Shown here in pieces: positions 44,846 to 60,162 of a stretch of 64,000 nt of DNA. Source of the stretch: the human T2T-CHM13v2.0 reference genome, Homo sapiens; assembly GCF_009914755.1 (NCBI RefSeq), contig NC_060937.1; one strand, given 5' to 3'. Both the position numbers and the translations under genes were made by a program. The notes beneath the pieces are model-generated. The model did not search any database and had not been told where the DNA came from. It saw only the letters and a program-made list of their open reading frames with translations. How positions within the stretch are numbered: position 1 is the first letter of the stretch; the number at the start of each line of letters is the position of its first letter.

Positions 44846-46559
44846 TAAATGTTTAGAGATGGTAAATCCAAAATAAATCATTTCAGCTTGCATGAGGGAT
44901 TGTCAATATTGCTAGCAGCAGATGCGAGGGAACTTTGCTGTGTTCTCTTTCCCAACAAGGTAACTACTGTATTCTATTTCCTCGGGCAGAGTATGTCCCC
45001 TTTGTCCCATTGATAGAAGTCTTGACCATGTGACTTATATCCATCACTGATGCATAAAACATTGATAGTGGTGTGGAAAGAGACACATCGGGCAAAAGGA
45101 AAACAGACCTTCATATTTATTTCCTTTCTTTTTCCCTCCTACCATGTGTTTCTTCCGTTCTTCCTCACTTTCATCTAATTTCTATTGTATCAAAATTCTT
45201 TCCCATATCATGTAACTGCACTATACTAGCACCTTAGAAGAAAACATTGAATAGGATTTATTCTCACCCTTTATTGACTTATCCTATGTGAAGAGAAGGA
45301 GAAAGTAGTTTTGGAGATAAATAAGAGAAAGCTTCTAATGAATGCATTACCTTCTAATGTAAAGGACAGAGATGAACAAAAGATCATTCAAAATAAAACA
45401 TTTACTTTCATTTTGAGCAACTAAGAAAAGTGGTGATATTCTAGGAGATTTTTATTATCATCTTCCCCAGGTTCATCATAATTTCAATAACATTAGTATT
45501 AGGAAATGCGCATATATTGATTTTATTTTTATGCTTCAAATAATTATTCACATTAACTATACATTTTATACCAGATACATATATCCAACCTACAACAATA
45601 GAATAGAAAATTGAAAGAAAGGCCACTAAGATTTTTATCTCACCCATTGTGCTAGTCCCATTTATTCTCTCATCATGTAGGACTGTCTATAAATATGTTC
45701 ATGGTTGTTAATTCTATTATCCTTGAAGGTAACTTTAGAGTATGAAGGGGAAATTAATTACTTGTAATGTTTATAAGGATGACAGTGAAGAATTCAGTTT
45801 ATAACAGTTCTTTTGATCCATTAGCTACTTACAAAAAAGGTTTTCTAATTTACTAGTGTCAAAATGAACAATTTCTTTCTAATTTGCAAAAACTAAACAA
45901 ATAATAACTGATATTTACTGGCACAATTACTTAATAAAAACAAAACAAGTGCAGATAGATTAAAAACTTTAAAGGAATTAGATATTTTATCAGCTTAACT
46001 GGTTACTTTATCAGTTTAAGTTTTATGAGAAATTCACTCATCATGTTGAAAGCTTACCTGGCTACTTTAGAAACACGTTAATCCCATTATTTGCTCTCTA
46101 AAGGGCAGCAGGTACAATCCAGTGAATTACGGGGAGTCTGGTAACATCTTCTGACCTTTCAATATACGTCTAATAAAGATACAAACTGGTGCAATCAAGT
46201 ACACTCTTTCATGTTTAATGGGAGAGCATTGACTTATACTTCATGGTATTTCTTTTCAATGGTTCTTGATGTAATTGTGCCCATTTTACATCATATTATG
46301 GAGAAAAATACCTTTTTTAAAAGCTTTATGTTTAATCTTTTAAATTTCTCTGTATTTTAAAATTATTAAAAATTTGAAAAGTAAATTTTTATTTGGCTAA
46401 AGCATTTTACTAAGGATTTTAAAATATTTTTTCGATTGCTCTTAAATTGTATTTCCTCTGGTTACATGGCTTTGCAAATATAAATCTGAACTTCACAAAA
46501 TTAATTGATCTCTTGAAAAGAATTAATTTTTCTTTTGAGTAAAAACAAATCTTTGTTGT

Positions 46560-47295
46560 TTCCATAACCCCTACCACATTCAATCTAATCCCAAAGTCAA
46601 TTTTGTCTATTGCCAAAGTATATTCCAAATCCATCTTCACTATCCTCTATCAACAGCCACCACCTTAGTCCAAATCTCCTAAACTATAAGAGCCTTCATT
46701 TGGTCTTCTTGCTTCCAAGTCCGAGCTTCAAAAACACCATTCTCCAAAGCAGCAGCCAAGGTGATCTTTCAAAAAATATGTTGTACTAACCCTCTCCTGC
46801 ACAACATTTCCCAATAACTTTTTACTGTAATTAGGATAATAAGAAAGCATTTCATGGCCTTCAAGACCATTTAGCTTTTGCAGTTTTTCTCTACTACTAC
46901 TACATTATGCTGTTTTCCTTCTTTCTCTCTACACTCTAGACCTTGTAGCTTCTACTTTGTCCTTGAATGTTTTAAGATTAGTTGTATTTTGACGACTTTG
47001 ATTTGGAATTTTCTCCCATTGTATATTTACATGCCTATATCATACTCATTCTGTTGCCAACTTGAATTTCTCTAAAGAGCCTTCCTCTGACATTCCTGAC
47101 TATAATAACAATCTCATAACTCTTCTTAGCTCATTGATTTCATAACAGTTATCGCAATTTATCTTATTAATGTATTTGCTAGTTTTAAATTCTCTCTATT
47201 CAAGAGATAAGATCTTTTATATAGTGTTAAGGGCTAAAATCTCAGTTACTAGGACAATTCATGGTGTATATTGGGCATTCAAATGATTTTTGACT
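46560..47295 (+). mobile_element. L2 3' region
   Basis: gccaccaccttagtccaa; cagcagccaaggtgatctttcaaaa; agagccttcctctgac. Confidence 0.7.
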
Positions 47296-47429
47296 TTTGA
47301 TCTTTTAATTTTAGGGTATTAAATCATATGGTGTTAAGTTATTAAGCTATTAAATTGTGTAGTATTATTGCAATGTGTGTTGTTTTGTATAGCATCTGTG
47401 GAAGTTAGGGTTTATTTTACTGATATAAT

Positions 47430-49640
<2,211 letters not shown>

Positions 49641-49644
49641 TATT

Positions 49645-50715
49645 CAAGGATGTGGACAACTCTGAACCCTCATATGCAGCTGATGGGAATATAAAATGGT
49701 TTTGGTCACTTTGAAAGACAGGCTGGCACTTCTTCATTAGGTTAAGCATTGAGTTACTGTATGACCCAGAACTTCCATTCTGAGTTATATACTGAAGATA
49801 GTTGAAAACACAAATCCACATAAAAACTTGCACAGACATGTTCATGGTAGGGTTACTCATAATTTTAAAAAGTGAAAACAACTCAAATGTGTGTGAACTT
49901 ATAGATGGATAAATAAAACATGTCTTATCCTACAATGGAATATTATTTGAAAATTAAAGGAAATGAAGTAGTGACAAATGCTACAATGTGGAAGAACCTT
50001 AAAAACATAAGTGAATGGGAGGGGTCCTTTCCCCATTGTTTGTTTTTATGGCTTTTGTTGAAGATCAGATGTTGTAGGGGTGCAGCATTATTGCTGGGCT
50101 CTCTATTCTGTTCCATTGGATCTATGTGTCTGTTTTTGTACCACTACTATGCTTTTTTGTTATTGTTGTTGTTACTGTAGCCCTGCAGTATCGTTTGAAG
50201 TCGGGTAATGTGATGTTTCTCCAGTTTTGTTCTTTCTGCTTAAGAATGTCTTGACTATTTGAGCTCTATTTTGGTTCTATATGAATAAAAACTACCTATT
50301 GGGTAATATGCTCATTACCTGATGATTAAATAAGTTGTACATCAAACACCTGCGTCAAACAATTTACCTGTACCGCAAACCTGCACATATACCTCTGATC
50401 CTAAACATTTAAAAAAAAAAAAAAAGTGAAAGGGTCTAATCAAAAAATGCCACAAATTTTAAGATTCTATTTATATGATATAGACAGAATAGGCTACTCT
50501 GTAGAGACAAAGGGTAGAATAGTGTTTTCCTATGACTAGAAGTGGGGGAAATGTGTGGTGACTGCTAGCAGGTATGAGGTTTCTTTCTGATATGATGAAA
50601 ATGTTTTAAATTTATTGTGGTGATGGTTGCATGAATCTGTGAATATTCTAAAATCATTGAAATATACACTTTAAAGGGATGAATTGTATGGTATACCAAT
50701 TATCACAATCCTTTA
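49645..50715 (+). mobile_element. L1MB 3' fragment with nested L1PA
   Basis: caaggatgtggacaactctgaaccctcata...; gatgaaaatgttttaaatt...gtggtgatggttgca. Confidence 0.85.
50016..50423 (+). mobile_element. 5'-inverted (twin-primed) old L1PA (PA15/16-like)
   Basis: Antisense ORF2 piece 50016-50286 joined to sense 3' end (aaaactacctattgggta...aaacctgcacat) and poly(A); TSD aagtgaa. Confidence 0.8.
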
Positions 50716-51754
50716 AAATAATAAGCCACCAATCAAAATATAGTGGTTTAAAGTGTATAATACCCTATTTCTCTCATGTGCAGTACATGTCTGAGTTTGT
50801 GGGGTGGGTCTGCTCCACATAGACCTGCTCTGCTGTTCCTTCCAGGACACAGGTTTCTTCTACCTTGTTATTTTACCATCCTCAGTGAAATTGTTGTCTT
50901 ATAAGTGTTCAAACTTCATTTATTGCTATAAGAAGGCACTGGTTAAAGTAAATGACATCTTTTAATATGAAGATGATACAGGAAAAGAGCAAATAGTAGA
51001 AATTATCACATAATCGAGCACCTTTTTATACTCAATTAATAAGCTTTAAATGGGATAACAAAGTTAATTTCATATAAAGAAATTTCATTCCCTGAGCTGT
51101 GTATCACTGTAAATAGCTGTGAATACAGAGTATGCATTTAACAAATAAAGCCATATGTTTTTTGCAAGATGGGAATTTGAGATGAATAAAAAGGCTTACA
51201 TTTGGGTATAACAACTTTTATTATATTAAACTGTTTAGGTATTTGAGTGAAAATCATCTTATTTTAAAGTACTACTTCTTCAATTCAATATTGAATTTAA
51301 TATTATTTTTTCTAGACAATGAGTACCAAGGATGTTAAATGTCAGTTATATTACTTAGGATTTTTACTGCACTTTTAATTGTGACATTTTTCAGAGTTTA
51401 TACAGAGCAGAAATCTTTTTAACCTTAGAAAATTTGAGCAATCACCTAATTAAAGATTACCAAACATGTCTTATAATTTTACAACCCAACTTCTATTTCA
51501 GGAATGTTTAAAAGTTCATCTTTCTTACAAGCTTTAACCCAGAGAATAAAAACATTATACTTACCCATAAAATATTTAATTTCTAATACAATAAAAGCTC
51601 TTTTCATTTTTCTCTCTCTGGGGAAGCAATATTCTTCCTGATCAGTAGAAGTAAGGATAAAACAGTATAAAATTTGTGTCTGAGTCTTTGGGATAGCAGA
51701 TTTTTTCCATTCTTATGTTTTTTGGTGGAATGAGTCTATATGAAATTGTATCTC

Positions 51755-51829
51755 AATTAATACCAGATTATAAAAATTAATAACAGATTATAAAATACCA
51801 GGTTATAAATTAATACCAGATTATAAAAA
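51755..51829. repeat. short degenerate minisatellite, core taccagattataaa x4
   Basis: Direct read. Confidence 0.85.
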
Positions 51830-52839
51830 CAATATATTTTTAAGTTAAAAATGCATTAGAGCAGAATCTAGACAATAAAAATGGAAGTAGGAGTTAAAGT
51901 AAAGTTGGCATTGGATACAATGTAACTTAACCTTTTCCCTGGGTTTTCAGAAGTTTTGCTTTATAATTGGGAAAAATGTGAAAATTTGAGACAATATATT
52001 TTGTTGTTTTTCTATGTATACTTTAAGAATGTAGTTTTAAAGTACATAAACATTAAGAATATTATTCTAAAGCATTGCATGATTTTAGCAATGTTTGGCC
52101 CACACAATATACCTCTGTCTACACCCTACATCACCTAAGAATTGGTCATTTGAAGGACTTTTCAGATTATGTTTCTTACCAACCCATTGGACTGAGATTT
52201 AAATGCTAAATATAAATTATAAATATAATTGCCTCCTACTCAAACATACTTGTGTTTATATCACAAACTTTAGTTTTGTAGTTTGGGGCCCTTTCTAGAT
52301 AGCTGAGTAAGAAGCTGATTATTATAAAAAGAATACATTTTAGATAAATCTCACAATATGAATAAGCTTTTTAATTCCTTTACTGTATTATAGTTATCAC
52401 ATAAAACTTAGGGGATTCAGCATTATTTTTTCATCGCTAAGTTAAATAGTAGAAAAGTAAACCCCAAAGGTATTATTTACAGTTGCTCATAGCCTTACAC
52501 CAAGCAAGTAGCAGAATTTTAATTCAAACTCAAATTTTCTGTTATCAAGTTCTATTTGAATAATGGGACTGATATAACTACTGCTCATTATACAACCACA
52601 GAAACCTCTTGTAAGAAAGAGTAGAGGAACACAGGCAATATATCTTCCAAAACGTTTGCAGATAGGTAGGCTGTGCCAAAAAGGCTTTACAATAAGAAGA
52701 ATAACTAAAATATTCTGCCTACCTTTACAAGGACAGAGAATAAAGATTCTTCACAAGGAATATTAGCTTCAGAAACTTGGCCTTTCAAATCTCTTAAAAA
52801 GCAGTTGCTTAGGGAGAGGATCTTTAAAAATATGTGGAT

Positions 52840-53035
52840 TGTGCTTGACGTAGCAAATTTCTTCTATCTGCAAAAGCCCTTTTCTCACTACCTCATATAC
52901 ACCCCTTTGATATGGCACCATGTTTGAAATTGGAGCGTACACACATAGTCATTGGATTTACTGGGATTCTCTTTGTGACAAGTAGGAGCCAAGGGGTCAT
53001 GCAGGGAAGCGAACGTGCCCGATAAGGATTTCCTT
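52840..53035. promoter_or_regulatory. candidate enhancer/promoter (motif cluster)
   Basis: No repeat recognised; 5 CpGs; TGACGTA, CCTTTGAT, 2x ATTGG, GGGTCA, ACGTG, GATAAG. Confidence 0.35.
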
Positions 53036-53388
53036 GTTGCCAGAGTGTTTAGCAGCTGAGAAGTATGAAGCTGTTTGATGAAAGTTGCATGTGACTAAGG
53101 GAACTCAGAGTTTCTGGTCATAAGAGCTTTATGAAAGTTAGAGAGGACTGATGTAGACACAAAGTCACTTTTGGAGCCTGAGGTTTTAAGAGGAACCTCA
53201 CTTGCACATGGGTGATCTGGGGCTGAGTATTAGCTCTGGGTGTGTCCACTGCGAATTCATGAGAAACAGCTGTGTCTCTCAATACAGCTAGAAATCACAA
53301 ACACCTGGTGCTACTGAGGATCTACCCAGGCATATCACTGGATCTCATGCACCATCAATAACAGTTTCACATAACACCATGCCATTAA

Positions 53389-53694
<306 letters not shown>

Positions 53695-53805
53695 ACCATG
53701 CCATTAACTTTCATACATATCCTAAAATAATTTTCATAAGAATAATCATAGAACTTTTAAAAAGATGATAATAAAACTATTCTGAGATACATGGATAAAT
53801 CGAAG

Positions 53806-54100
53806 TTTTTTTGTTTTTGTTTTTTTTGAGATAGGATTCTACTCTGTCACCCAGACTGGACTGCAGAGGCATAGTCACGGGTCACTGCAGCCTCAACCGC
53901 TCCAGGCTCAAGTAATCCTCACACCTCAGCTTCCCAAGTAGCCGGGACTACAGGTGTGCGCCACTATGCCTGGCTAATTTTGTAAAGATGGAGTTTCACT
54001 ATGTTGCCCAGGCTGATCTGTAATGCCTGGGCTCAAGTGATCATCCCGGATCAGCCTCCCAAAGTGCTGGGGTTATAGGAATGGGCCACTGCCCCTGGCT
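53806..54100 (-). mobile_element. AluJ
   Basis: cactgcagcctcaacc, ggctcaagtaatcctc, gttgcccaggctg J-type features. Confidence 0.93.
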
Positions 54101-54287
54101 TCAAGTTCTGAAATACAGAAATTCAGTTTTGTAAACTGTCAATTTAGAAACTAATTTATAATATTAAATTTCATTAAAAAATCCATTATGTTGGGAAGAT
54201 AATTACATAGTTAATTACAAAATGTTAAAATTCAGCATAGCATCAAAGTTTCGAAAATAAATACAATGCCTGGATAAGTATACTACT

Positions 54288-54354
54288 ACACACACACACA
54301 CATACATTTATACACACATAAACACACACATATACACACATACGTATGCACACA
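54288..54354. repeat. degenerate (CA)n
   Basis: Direct read. Confidence 0.85.
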
Positions 54355-54620
54355 AAGGGCTAAAAAAGCAACATTACAAGCCTAAATGCCACTAAACTTT
54401 TTGTGGGGCTGGTCATTTGAAACATAACTAAAGTCAGTCTGGAAAGCTTAATATGAAAACAAAATAATGAAAAACTTACAAAATATGAAGCAGTAATGGG
54501 GAGATTACATTACTAGCAGCCATGACATATTTTAAAGCTGCCAGAATAGAATTTCTACTTGTAGGAATCATGATGTAGTCTGTTTCAGACAACAATCCCT
54601 GCTGTTTGAGACTAGCTGCA

Positions 54621-54715
54621 CTATCATCTATCTATCTATCATCTATCTATATATCTATCTTTCTTTCTATCATCTATCCACCCATCCTTCTATCTGTCTT
54701 TCGATCTATTTATCC
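54621..54715. repeat. degenerate (TCTA)n
   Basis: Direct read. Confidence 0.85.
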
Positions 54716-54839
54716 AAATCTTTATTTCATCTTTCCCTTTAAGGAATTGCTGACAAAGAAAGGGGTGCTTAAAGAGAAGATGGAAATCTCTGAGATATAA
54801 ATTTTAGATGAGATTTCAATAATATTGAAATTGCACATT

Positions 54840-54889
54840 GGGGAAATTGCAATATGAGGGGAAATTGCAATATGAGGGGAAATTGCAAT
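54840..54889. repeat. 18-bp tandem repeat ggggaaattgcaatatga x~2.8
   Basis: Direct read. Confidence 0.9.
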
Positions 54890-54999
54890 TGGAGTTCAGA
54901 GCTAGTAAGAAAGAGAAACCTTGGTAAAAACAACCAGTTTCCAGTGAAGTCTGTAGAATAGCAAAATGGTAGAAGTCCCAGTTACTTAGAATACTCTAA

Positions 55000-55565
55000 C
55001 AAAATGCTAAAATGAAGCCTCAAAGTAGATCACTACCTGACTGGATTGAAGTGAGCTGCTCCTAATTACATTGCATGCTGGAAAGCAAATGTAAATATTT
55101 TCTAGAGACTCAATTTATTTCCTAAATTACTCACATTTACATTTTAGTATGAAAACAAAAATATCTGTGCACACCAGGAGAAGAAGAAATGTTCAAAGGG
55201 AAAAAAAAGAGATAATAGACTTTAGAAACAGACCCAAATGTGACCCAGGTACAGAAATTATGGAATGAATGTTTTTGTATATTTTAGAAAGTCAATGACA
55301 ACAGGAGAAAGTGGAAATACTAGAACTAAAAAATATTAAAAATAATTTAATAAATTAGTAGATAGGCTAGTAGCATATTAGTCTCTTGAGAAGATGAGGG
55401 GATTGAGCTGAAGTATGGGTCAATATTAAAATATAGAAAATATACTACTAATGCAAGTGAAATAAGTATTGAAATACATAAAACTGGAGTTACAGAAAGA
55501 GAGAATGGAGCAAATATTTGAAGACATAATGTCAGAGTTTTGAAATTGGTAATGATCATGATGTC
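55000..55565 (+). mobile_element. old L1M ORF1-region fragment
   Basis: aactggagttacagaaagagagaatggagcaaatatttgaagacataatg. Confidence 0.5.
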
Positions 55566-56479
55566 AATGACTTAAGATGTTCTATGATCACCAATCTTGT
55601 TTCAACCCTTTATATATGAATATTTGCTCTCTTCCATGGATCATGGAATCTCAGTCCCTACGTATTGGCAGCCCAGGAGTTGGCAAAATTATTCAAGAGG
55701 AAATTCCACATAGACTTCTAGGCTTCTGCCACCAATTTCATAGCCTCTTTGTAAGTTCTAAATGCTGATCTGCTTCCTTCTTTCAGATAGATCTCCTCAT
55801 GCTTGGGCTTAGCCTCGCTGTGCTGAAATTATATCCTACAAAACTAAGCCCAAATGGAAGTGGGACAGTCCTCACGTATCTCCCTTTCTAAAAAATTTCA
55901 ATCCTGCAGTGGTTCCATCTGCAATTACCATTTTATAAATTTTCTTCAGATTTTATATTGTTCTTACCAATTTCTCCATCATGAATGGAATTAGAAAATT
56001 AATGCACGTTAAAAAATATTGCTATAGATGTTGTGTATGGTATTCCCTGTTTTGGGGAAGACTGAAAGCAGAGAAGACAGCTGGTTCATGTATTTTTTTC
56101 ATGCTTTAGATTTAAGTGTCCACAGACAAGATATTACTGTTCATGAACAGTATTTTTCTATGAAGTTTCTTTTCACAGATTTTCTCTTGTGACTCACCTA
56201 CTAAACTCCATCTGGCTCTTACCAATGCCCTTTCCTGACCATTCTTATACTCTTAACCAACTGCTGAATCTCATTTATTTAGAAAAAAAGTTTATTTCTC
56301 AAACTTTTCCCTTCATTTTCTTTCTGTGACCAAAGTTTAAATATCTCCTAAAGGCATTCTCCCTGCATATTTTTCCAATACGGGATGCTCTTCTAGTCTG
56401 CCCCTCTTGTTAGTGGCTGAAATGTGGCAGAGCAAACCTCCATGTTCCTCACTGCTGCTCTTAAATAAATCTCCATTTC

Positions 56480-58410
56480 TCCTCTCTAAAAATCCCTATC
56501 TTTGAAACTCACATCCTTAGACTCTTCTATCCACTACATTTTTGTTGGAATTATCAGCTGAAAATCATATTAAGACTCATTTTTGAAGACATTCTTTCTT
56601 ACTGATTGTCATTTGTCTCCAACACTGCTCCTCTTGTCATCACCGTTGGTTTCAGTATCTACTAATTGACCCTTTCAATAGCCTGGCCTAAATTCCATGA
56701 TCTCCTTTCTTTAATGATTTCATCTTTCGCCTTACTTCAACTTTGTATTTATGTGTCCTTAAAAAAAGAAGTTATCACCACAATAGTCTCAATTTTATGT
56801 ATCTTACTCTCCATCTACAAACACTTAACATTTACAGTTTGTTTCCCCCAGTGATACTGAAAATTCTCACACCCCACCAGGACTGGTATATCATACATCC
56901 TACTACTCTAGTCCACCACTGACATATACACTAACTTATAATCATCATCATTTGTATACGTCTTTAACTTATTAAACTCACTCTCTTTTCTATATTCATT
57001 TTGCATTACTACAAATCTAGCTAATGAGCTCTCCACCGTGGCACCTATGAGTAGTGTCTACTCCTGTGTAGTTGAAGGGAGTTGGAGGAAAAACATGCTG
57101 ACTGATCTCAATCTTCATTTATTAACTAACTTTAAATGAGATTCTTATGGTGTCTAGCAAGCATATTATTCTGTTCTTATCTATTCATTTTCTCACTGCC
57201 CTCTATGATTCTTTCAAACATTTTCATCTCTCTTTAAAGTTTCAAAACCTTCCTCTATTTTCATTCTTGGCTGTAGACATTGACTTGACTTTTTTTTCCC
57301 ACATTGTGGTTAAAATATTTTACCATCCTAAACATTTTTAAATGCACAGTTCATTAGTGTTAAGTATGTTTACATTGTTGTGTAACAGGTCTGCAGAGCT
57401 TTTGGCATAGACTTTTATATTATCCAGGCAATAGAAGTAAGTCGAAGTGAACGCTCACTAGCACCACAGTACAACCAGCAAATATTCTCAGATACCTGCA
57501 TCTTGACCATATACTTAGTTTGTTCACTATGCATGGGCTACTCAAACTCATACAACTAGCTAACACTCTCACTTGTATATTATTGTTCCCTACTCTCTTA
57601 TTCAAGAGCATTAGATCAGCAGTTGTCCTCTCTTGCTCCCTCCACACTTGATCTTTCGCATCAACATATAGACTTTTATTTTTCTCGTGTTAAACATGAC
57701 TTTCTTGATCATACTTTCTCTCTCTAACTACTATATTACTCTTCTCCTAGAAGGACTTTACATTTTCTTCCTCTAGTCTTTTCCTTCCTACTCTCTCATG
57801 GATTACTAGCAGCGTTTCATGCTAACACTATGCAGGAACTATTTTTGCAATATCACCAATGTTGCTGAATTTAAAACGTGTGTCTCAGTACTTACTTCTG
57901 TTAACCTTTCTGGAGCATTTGCTACAGCCCATGAATCTCTCCTCCTAGATGTATGTCTTTTATTGGTTTCCAGAACCCTACGCCTTCTAAAGTTCTTTCT
58001 TATTGATTTCCCTTGTCAGTCTATATTGCTAGTTACTTCTAATCTTCCAAATTACTTCAAACTGGGTGCCTTTGGACTCAGTTCTGATATCACCTGTGAA
58101 CTCCAGACATTATTTATCTACCTAATTGATCTTTATATTTTTGGGTATCTAATAGGTATTTTAAAATGTATATGACTAAGGACAAATTTATAACCTAATG
58201 CCCTATCCTCAATCTGTTCCTCTATTGTCTTCCCAATTTCAGTTTATAGCAACTCCATTCTCCCTTTACCTTAAGCCTAAACTTTGAGTTTTGCTTGACA
58301 CCAATCTCGTCTCATGCCTATAAACGATGCATCACATATTCTGTATTCAGATTATATTTTGAATCTCATCACTAGCTCACTTCACCACTGTCCCCTTGGT
58401 CTCCCTAATA
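56480..58410 (+). mobile_element. long degraded L2
   Basis: CT-rich strand; tcaccaatg...gctgaattt; gcatttgctacagccca; gaactccagac; gcaactccattctccc. Confidence 0.65.
57292..57403 (-). mobile_element. L1MA/MB extreme 3' end
   Basis: aaattttaccatcctaaacatttttaaatgcacagttca.tagtgttaagta. Confidence 0.65.
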
Positions 58411-58419
58411 GCACTAGCT

Positions 58420-58595
58420 AATAAGAGTTACCTCAGTCATAAAAATGTCCTGTATTTGTATTGCCTATAGCATAGCCTCTAGCCACATATGGCTATTGAA
58501 CACTTGAAATGTGCTAATGTCATTGAGAAAACTAATTAATTATACTTAATTTAAATAGTAACCTGACTAAAGGGCACTATATTGTACAAGGCAGG
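58420..58595. mobile_element. MER3-like hAT-Charlie fragment
   Basis: ctagccacatatggctattgaacacttgaaatgtg. Confidence 0.75.
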
Positions 58596-58630
58596 TCTAT
58601 TCCTCTATGCTAGATAATCCTCAGGCTTTT

Positions 58631-58957
<327 letters not shown>

Positions 58958-58964
58958 TGATATA

Positions 58965-59850
58965 CTTTATATATAATGAAATTCATTTGTTTCAAGTGTG
59001 CAGTTCACTTTTTCTAAATGGTAAATCTATCGTCGTAAATGACTTTTAGAACATTTTCATTTTCCAATAAGATACCTGCAATGAGTATCCCTCATTCCCA
59101 TTGAGAATTACTCCCTATTCCCAACCCAGCCCCAGGAAACCACTAAGCTACTTTCTATATCTGTAATTTTGCCTTTTCTGGGCATTTCATGTAAAATAAG
59201 ATTGCACCATACCGACTGTTGTGCCTTACTTTTTTCACTTTGCATACGATTTTTGAGGTTCTTCCATGAAATATTATTCGTCGGTAGCTCATCCCTTTTC
59301 CTAAACAGTACTCCGTTGTATGCATATATCACATTTTTTCTGTTAATTCAACAATTGGTGAATAGTAAGGTTCTTTCCACGTTTTAGCTACTGTAAATAC
59401 TACTCCTATGAACATCCATGTACACATTGTGTGGACATATGCTTTTTTTTCCTCTTAGGTTCATACCTAGAATTGGAGCTGCTGGGTTGTATGGTAGTTT
59501 CATGTTTAACTCTTTAAGAAACTGAATGTTACAGAAAGTGGCTGCATCGTTTTACATTGCTATCAGCAATGGATGAGGATTCCTTTTTCTTTATATCCAT
59601 ACAACGTTTTTTCTGTGTGTCTTATAGCCATTCTGGAGCGTGTAAAATGGCATCTTACTGTCGTTTTGATTTCTAGTTCCCTGTTGACTAATGATATTGG
59701 GTATCTTTTCATGTCATTATTATTTGCATAAGTTCATTTGTGAGATGTCCCTTTATGTCATTTGCCTATATTTGATTGTACTGTTTATCTTCGTATTGAG
59801 GTGTAAGAGGTTTCTGTAAGATAGGTTTTATAAATATTTTCTCGTGATCT
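58965..59850 (-). mobile_element. L1MC/MD-type 3' region
   Basis: ccccaggaaaccactaagctactttct...gccttttctgggcatttcatgtaaat; ctcctatgaacatccatgtac. Confidence 0.85.
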
Positions 59851-59889
59851 GTTTTTTTTTTGTTTGCGTGTTTGATTTTCATTTTATCT

Positions 59890-60162
59890 TCTAAGTGAGG
59901 CTTTCCTTGGCTGTGTTATTTAAAATTGCAGTCACCCTTGTACTGGCTGTTACCATCTGCTTTTACAATTTTCATTCATACTTTATGTCATCATCTAACA
60001 AAATACAGGTCTTAATTAGTTTAATGTTTTTGTCTCCCCACCGGCATGTAAAGTCTATGAGAAAACAGTTTTCATGTGTGTGTGTGTGTTTTTTTAACCT
60101 CTCTTATTTACATTCTAGACCTTATAGACAAACAATTATTTGTCATTTGAATAAATGGATAC
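59890..60162 (+). mobile_element. L2 3' end
   Basis: agtgaggctttccttgg...tttaaaattgca; atgtaaagtctatgag; tttgaataaatgga. Confidence 0.65.
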
